From positions 1-45,782 of the IMG/VR virus record IMGVR_UViG_3300038313_000365: a stretch of 45,782 bases of DNA; one strand, 5' to 3'. A model generated the notes under the pieces. The model was not told where the DNA came from, made no database searches, and was given only the letters and a program-made list of their open reading frames with translations. The translations under genes were made by a program, and so were the position numbers. The DNA comes from a virus (taxonomy: Duplodnaviria > Caudoviricetes). Below are positions 40,603 to 45,782 of this stretch, one piece after another. Position 1 is the first letter of the stretch. Every line of letters begins with the position of its first letter.

Positions 40603-40609
40603 TTATATA
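40603..40609 (+). promoter_or_regulatory. Possible TATA box for a leaderless nrdD-lysin transcript, next to an oligo-T tract
   Basis: TTATATA 20-26 nt upstream of ATG 40629; no RBS; a T9 run may terminate the upstream operon. Confidence 0.35.
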
Positions 40610-40628
40610 TTTTTTTTTCGACAAATTT

Positions 40629-42467
40629 ATGATAGAAACAAAGAACAAAGAACAAGAAACAGTAGGGATAAGAGTAGATGAATTAAATAATTTAATCAGT
40701 AATGGTAATCAGAGTAATGCGAATATGATGCATAATCCTGAAACTATCCATAAGTATGTGGCAGATGCAAGTCTCAGACAGTACACCTTAGAGCACCTAT
40801 TACCCTCCCATTTAGCACAAGCCCATTTACGTGGGGATATTCACATCCACGATTTGGAATACTTTGCTCCTAGGGGACTTAATTGCTGCCAGCATGATAT
40901 CCGTGCATTTATTAAGCATGGTTTAAGAGTAGATGGTTCAGGTGATCATACTAGTGTTGCAGGTGCTCCTTCACATATGGAAACATTAATGAACCATACA
41001 GGTGAAGTAATGTTAGCCTCTCAACAAAATATGAGTGGTGGACAAGCTATGAGTCTATGGAATGTATTTGTAGCTCCATTTGCATCTGGTAGATCTTATG
41101 AAGAAGTTAAACAATGTGTGCAAATGTTAATATATAATTTGAATATGGCATATGCTGCTCGTGGATCCCAGGTACCATTTACAAGTATGCAATTAGAATT
41201 CGGTGTTCCTAAGTTTTTAGAGGATGTTACTGCTTATGGTCCTAATGGATTAAATGTTGGAACTTATGGAGATTTTGAGGATGAAACACGTATGATTGAG
41301 CAGGCTTTTACTGAAATTCTCTTACAAGGTGATGCTGAAGGAAAACCACACCTTTTCCCAAATACCATCTACACATTACGACCTGAAACATATAAAGGAG
41401 ATTATGAAGAAGATTTAAGATTAGTGCATGAATTAAGTGCTAAATACGGTTCATCTTATTTTGTAAATATGTTCCCTGATTACCGTGGTAATATGGCTAA
41501 TTATATGGGTTGTAGAACATCTTTAAATGATAATTGGACAGGTGACTGGGAAACCGATTGTTTACGGACAGGAAACCTTGCTTATTGTACAATGAATCTT
41601 CCAAGGATGGGTTATAAAGCTCGGCATGATGAAGATTTAATTTTTGAGGAATTGGATGCTAAGATGAGTTTAATCCAGGAAATCTTAATGATTAGAAGAA
41701 ACCATACACTTAAATGTTTAAATGAGTATAAAATCTTCCCATTCCTCTCACAAGACTATGAGGGAGAACAATACTATCAAATAGATAATGCAACCTTATC
41801 CTTTGGTTTTAATGGATTAAACGAAATGCTCCTAAGCTTATTTGGTGAAGGAATAGAAAACCCAGACAGTAACAAGTTTGGAATTAAAGTTATCAAATAC
41901 ATTAATGACCATGCACACGACCTACAAGATGAAACTGGTTTAAGATGGAGTACTATTCAAACACCAGCAGAAAGTACTGCTTATAGGTTTGCAAGTTTGG
42001 ATCATGAAATGTATCCAGAACAAGTAATAAGTAATGGAGTACCAGGAGCATACTACTACACTAATAGTAGTCATGTACCAGTAGATACCAACAAGAGTAT
42101 TATAAGTAAGATTAGAACAGAAGAACCTTACCACAAATACACACTTGGTGGGCATATTTTCCATGCATTCATGGGAGAATCCTACAGTGACCCCGATAGT
42201 TTAATGAGCCTAACTGAAAAGATTGCTAAAAATAGTGATATAGGATTCTGGGCATACTCTAGTGCTTTAAGCTTTTGTTTAAAATGTAAAACATTAATGA
42301 AAGGTTTAAACAATAAATGTCCAAACTGTGGAGAAACAGATGAAGTTGAATGGTATGATCGTATTACTGGATATGTTCAACAAGTAGGCCATGCTAAGTC
42401 TGCTAATGGTGGATGGAATAATGGTAAGAAACAAGAACTAAAAGACAGAACAAGATTCCAACAATAA
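40629..42467 (+). CDS. nrdD: Anaerobic (class III) ribonucleoside-triphosphate reductase lacking the N-terminal ATP cone
   Basis: GDIHIHDL, NCC, SGGQ, YMGCRT, TPAESTAYRF, YYTNSSH, CxxC-CxxC zinc site and glycyl-radical motif RITGYV. Confidence 0.95.
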   Translation: MIETKNKEQETVGIRVDELNNLISNGNQSNANMMHNPETIHKYVADASLRQYTLEHLLPSHLAQAHLRGDIHIHDLEYFAPRGLNCCQHDIRAFIKHGLRVDGSGDHTSVAGAPSHMETLMNHTGEVMLASQQNMSGGQAMSLWNVFVAPFASGRSYEEVKQCVQMLIYNLNMAYAARGSQVPFTSMQLEFGVPKFLEDVTAYGPNGLNVGTYGDFEDETRMIEQAFTEILLQGDAEGKPHLFPNTIYTLRPETYKGDYEEDLRLVHELSAKYGSSYFVNMFPDYRGNMANYMGCRTSLNDNWTGDWETDCLRTGNLAYCTMNLPRMGYKARHDEDLIFEELDAKMSLIQEILMIRRNHTLKCLNEYKIFPFLSQDYEGEQYYQIDNATLSFGFNGLNEMLLSLFGEGIENPDSNKFGIKVIKYINDHAHDLQDETGLRWSTIQTPAESTAYRFASLDHEMYPEQVISNGVPGAYYYTNSSHVPVDTNKSIISKIRTEEPYHKYTLGGHIFHAFMGESYSDPDSLMSLTEKIAKNSDIGFWAYSSALSFCLKCKTLMKGLNNKCPNCGETDEVEWYDRITGYVQQVGHAKSANGGWNNGKKQELKDRTRFQQ

Positions 42468-42471
42468 AAAA

Positions 42472-43500
42472 ATGGAGGATAAAAAAAATATTATGAGTAA
42501 AGATATAAGTAAAAGTACAAGTAGAATAAATTTAAGTAAATTTAAAGAAATCCGGGCAAGAGTAGACAAATACCTCACAGATGGAGGCAAAGCAACAAGT
42601 ACCTCTAAAGTATGTCCAGATCATCCAGACCCATCCACATATATTCTTTATTCTCAATGGCAGAATATGGTGAAAAGGTTTAATGTTTTTGTAAAGAAGA
42701 ATGGGCGTGAACCTAAAACAATACAAATCTATGTAGAAGCATCAAATTTAAGCAATACTATTGCAAATATACCATTAAGTACTTTTTTAGATATGAAAGC
42801 AAGAGTAGATAGTTTTATTGCTGCAGGAGGTAAACCTGAATCTTCACGTAAGATTTATTTAGATTTCACTACCCAGATGGATTATGTAACCTACTCTACT
42901 TACCTTGCAATGTTAAAAAAGTATTCAGATTTCATTGCAAAGAATAGTAGACAACCAACTTTCATTTCCACATCCACAAAAACACCAACAATTGCTTCTA
43001 AAGATTGTTATCGTAGTCCAAGATGGTATTCAGGTATAGAATTAAAACAAAACACGATTTACTATTGTGGAGTAAATTGTTCACAGCAAATACTTCAAGA
43101 ACTAACAGGAAACTACTACGCAGAATCAGCATTAGCAAAAAGACTTAGAACAACTACAAGTGGAACAGAACCTGACATTATGGTGAAAATTATTAAATCA
43201 GTTTTAACAAGTGAAGGGTTTAAAGTTAAAAAATGTGCATGGGATTATAAAAGTAACTATTCATGGGACGAAATAGGAAAATTTATTGAAGATCCTAAAA
43301 TAAGTTTTTGCTTTCATGACTTATACAAACTTAAATGGGGTCATTATGAGTACCCATATAAGCTTTGTAAGAGTAGTGAAATAATAAATATAGCTAATAG
43401 TTTAAGTGGTGGATATCTTGAATCAAGAAGTTTTAGTAAAATGTTATCTTATATAAATGCTTATTCAGGGAAATCAATCTTAATAGTACAAGTAGAATAA
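42472..43500 (+). CDS. Pseudomurein endoisopeptidase-like endolysin: four pseudomurein-binding repeats plus C39-like Cys peptidase
   Basis: Repeats such as MVKRFNVFVKKNGREPKTI and MLKKYSDFIAKNSRQPTFI; catalytic-like QNTIYYCG, WGHYE and IANSL. Confidence 0.8.
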   Translation: MEDKKNIMSKDISKSTSRINLSKFKEIRARVDKYLTDGGKATSTSKVCPDHPDPSTYILYSQWQNMVKRFNVFVKKNGREPKTIQIYVEASNLSNTIANIPLSTFLDMKARVDSFIAAGGKPESSRKIYLDFTTQMDYVTYSTYLAMLKKYSDFIAKNSRQPTFISTSTKTPTIASKDCYRSPRWYSGIELKQNTIYYCGVNCSQQILQELTGNYYAESALAKRLRTTTSGTEPDIMVKIIKSVLTSEGFKVKKCAWDYKSNYSWDEIGKFIEDPKISFCFHDLYKLKWGHYEYPYKLCKSSEIINIANSLSGGYLESRSFSKMLSYINAYSGKSILIVQVE

Positions 43501-43535
43501 AAATTTAAATAATATAAAACATAAATATTTAGGTC

Positions 43536-43571
43536 TAGGGAGAGATTCTTTCTTATACACTCTCCCTATTT
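43536..43571 (+). terminator. Stem-loop after the lysin gene
   Basis: TAGGGAGAG (43536-43544) / CTCTCCCTA (43560-43568) followed by TTT; a second palindrome AATCATAA/TTATGATT at 43575-43592. Confidence 0.6.
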
Positions 43572-43629
43572 GCCAATCATAAAATTATGATTAGTGAATA
43601 TAAATAAAAAATGTATAAGAGGCGATTCT

Positions 43630-44150
43630 ATGTATAAGAAAAATAATTTAAACAACAAAAAAGAACCATAGGGTTATATTTATAAAATTGTAAATTTAAC
43701 TAATAATAAATGTTATATTTGTCAAACGACTAACATAATTGATAGAAATATCGTCATTTAAATACTTTAAAATTAAATAATGATAAAAATCAGCATTTAC
43801 AGAAATAGTTTTAATGAATATGGTAAGATAATTTTAAAATTGATATAATTGATGATGCTGATTCTCAAGATGAATTAAATAAGTTAAAAAAAATTTATAT
43901 TATTAAAGCAGGTTATCCAGATCAGGTTTTATGGTATAATTTAAGAGAAGTTGGGGATAATGGAAAACTTTCTTTAGAAATAAAAGAAAAAAATTTGACA
44001 AGCTCATCTTGGATTAAAAATGACACAAGAACAATGTTTTAAAAGTTCATCCGTTATTAATTTACCTTATAGAGTTAGAAAAGAAAAAAGACCCTCCTGA
44101 CAATTACAAAACTTTCATTATAGATATGAATATAAAGAAAATAATAAGAA
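43630..44150 (+). pseudogene. GIY-YIG homing endonuclease pseudogene
   Basis: GYIYKIVNLTNNKCYICQT, NQHLQ, YG..NFKI and YNLRE fragments separated by stops and frameshifts; truncated by the IS. Confidence 0.8.
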
Positions 44151-44154
44151 AAGG

Positions 44155-45365
44155 GCTTTGTAGAAACCCTATTTTTTTGGTATTTGTGTTGTTTTGTGGA
44201 TGTTGTAAATTAAGTTTTTGAGTTTTGTTTCTTTGTTTGATAGTTTTAAACTTCTGCTGTGGTTAATTCTATTGAATAGTCTTTTTATTACATTAAATAC
44301 TCCTTCTATATTACTTCTTAATCTGTATATTTTTAATCGAAAGATTTTTTTGCTTTTAAGTCTGTAGTTACCTTTTTTTTAGCTCTTGTTTTTAAGGGTA
44401 TCTGGTTAAATGCTCCTATTTCTTCATTTACACATGTTTGAATGGGTTTTGTATCATATGCTCTGTCTACTAATATGTAAATGTGGATGATATTTTTTAT
44501 TTTGTCTGATTGGGAGTATTGCAAACTTTGTATCTCTTTGTGGACCTCTTTATGTGGTGTAATTTAAGATTAGTCTTGTTTTCACATCTATCTTAATATG
44601 GTTATTTACATAAGTTTTTCGCTCTTTGACCAGTATTATAGCGTAATACTTGTCTGCAAAATCATTGGCGAATCCATAATCCATCAAGGACTATTATTTC
44701 ACCACCAATAATCATGTTAAGATAATATTAATTGGTTGATTTATTTAAAAAATACTTGAGGGTATTCTTTGGAAGATTTTCTGGATTTTAGTGAAGTGCA
44801 GGGAGCCTTTTTTTATGTGTAAATATTTATGTATGGGGTCATGACAATTGTAATAATTGTGTAATTTAACGATATGTGCTTTTAGTATAAAATTTTTAAT
44901 GCTAAAATAGTGAATAATGTAGGTTGAATATATAAAATGATTACTAAAATAGTGCTAATACTTATTTAAACACATTTTTACATAATTAAAACTTGATTCA
45001 ATAAATTTAAATAGTTTGTTGTTATGTTAAATCTTCATTATGATTTTTTAAATGTACTTTTTTATAAAATTTTTTTACAAGTTTTTCAAAGTAAAAATCC
45101 AAAAGATTTAATTGCTTTAAAAACATAACATAAACTGGAAAACAGAATTTTTAGTTGTCATATTAATATCTATTCCCCATTTTACCATGAATACTTAATC
45201 ATTACTTATTTTAAATATACTTAGTATAATTTTAACTGTAAACATCCCCAACTCTTTTAAAAATCATTTAATTTAATTTTTAATAAAATTCCAAAAATAA
45301 AAACATCAAGGTGCAATTTCAATTGAAAAAAAATATTGAAAAAAAATAAAGGGTTTCTACAAAGC
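44155..45365 (-). mobile_element. IS5-family-like element with pseudogenised transposase
   Basis: Perfect 16-bp TIRs GCTTTGTAGAAACCCT (44155-44170) / AGGGTTTCTACAAAGC (45350-45365); minus-strand fragments VDRAYD and YRLRSNIEGVFNVIKR. Confidence 0.85.
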
Positions 45366-45384
45366 TTTAAATATAATAATATTT

Positions 45385-45546
45385 GTTGTACGAGTAAGTA
45401 AATCGAGAATATATCTCAAATAGTATTTCTTAATCATATTTTAAGGATTCATGAAAATAGAAACTGGTTTAATCTACAGATTTAAACTAAAATTAGAATT
45501 TTGGATTATAAGAAATAAAATTATCTACTAAGTTTTTGACAGTGCC
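45385..45546 (+). mobile_element. 3' remnant and terminal repeat of an IS related to the left-hand element
   Basis: TAAGTTTTTGACAGTGCC (45529-45546) is 17/18 identical to 931-948, preceded by a degraded frame MKIETGLIYRFKLKLEFW. Confidence 0.6.
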
Positions 45547-45782
45547 AATTTAGGTTTAAATAAAAATTTATATATATTTGAACAAATAAAATTTTTATTA
45601 TATAAGGTTAAAAGTAAATGTATTTTAATATTTTCTGCCTAAATTGAAAATAAAATTTAGTTTAAAAATATGTTTTTTTTTATTTAAATCCTCAAAAAAA
45701 AAATTTTAAATTGGGGGGAAAAATGCCTTATTTTTAAAAAATATTATTTTATGGTAAAAAGAAATGGAAGAGGGATTAATTT

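Noticed and set aside
40629-42467. Intein in NrdD (also checked TerL)
   Set aside because: Both proteins have compact lengths with contiguous motifs and no C/S...HN-C/S/T splice signature.

Overview
A very AT-rich window from what looks like a pseudomurein-walled methanogen (Methanobacteriales, Methanobrevibacter-like). The host assignment is inferred from pseudomurein-binding repeats, an archaeal-type NrdD, TFB-like genes and TATA promoters. About 42 kb (1573-43500), all on the + strand, encodes a nearly complete myovirus-type morphogenesis and lysis cassette. In order: TFB-like regulatory genes, holin-like membrane genes, terminase, portal, protease/scaffold, capsid, neck, sheath, tube, chaperone, tape measure, a fragmented baseplate hub, spike, wedge, fibres and adhesins (including a 2532-aa wedge-Ig fusion), an orphan DNA methyltransferase, an ATP-cone-less NrdD and a pseudomurein endoisopeptidase. 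No integrase, repressor or replication genes are visible, and decayed IS elements bound both sides. The locus is therefore either a truncated provirus or a domesticated particle system (GTA-like or tailocin-like). The most striking sequence-level features are: (1) three apparent +1 frameshift junctions, at capsid CCC-TGA into an unannotated Ig-like domain, head-closure CCC-AGG-TGA and tail chaperone CTT-TTT-C; (2) a conserved 49-aa basic leader duplicated at the start of two baseplate-hub fragments; (3) a TFB-like function apparently split into a cyclin-like gene and a zinc-ribbon gene; and (4) a 790-bp hairpin-rich non-coding gap inside the tail operon. All product calls come from motif recognition and gene order; no database searches were run.
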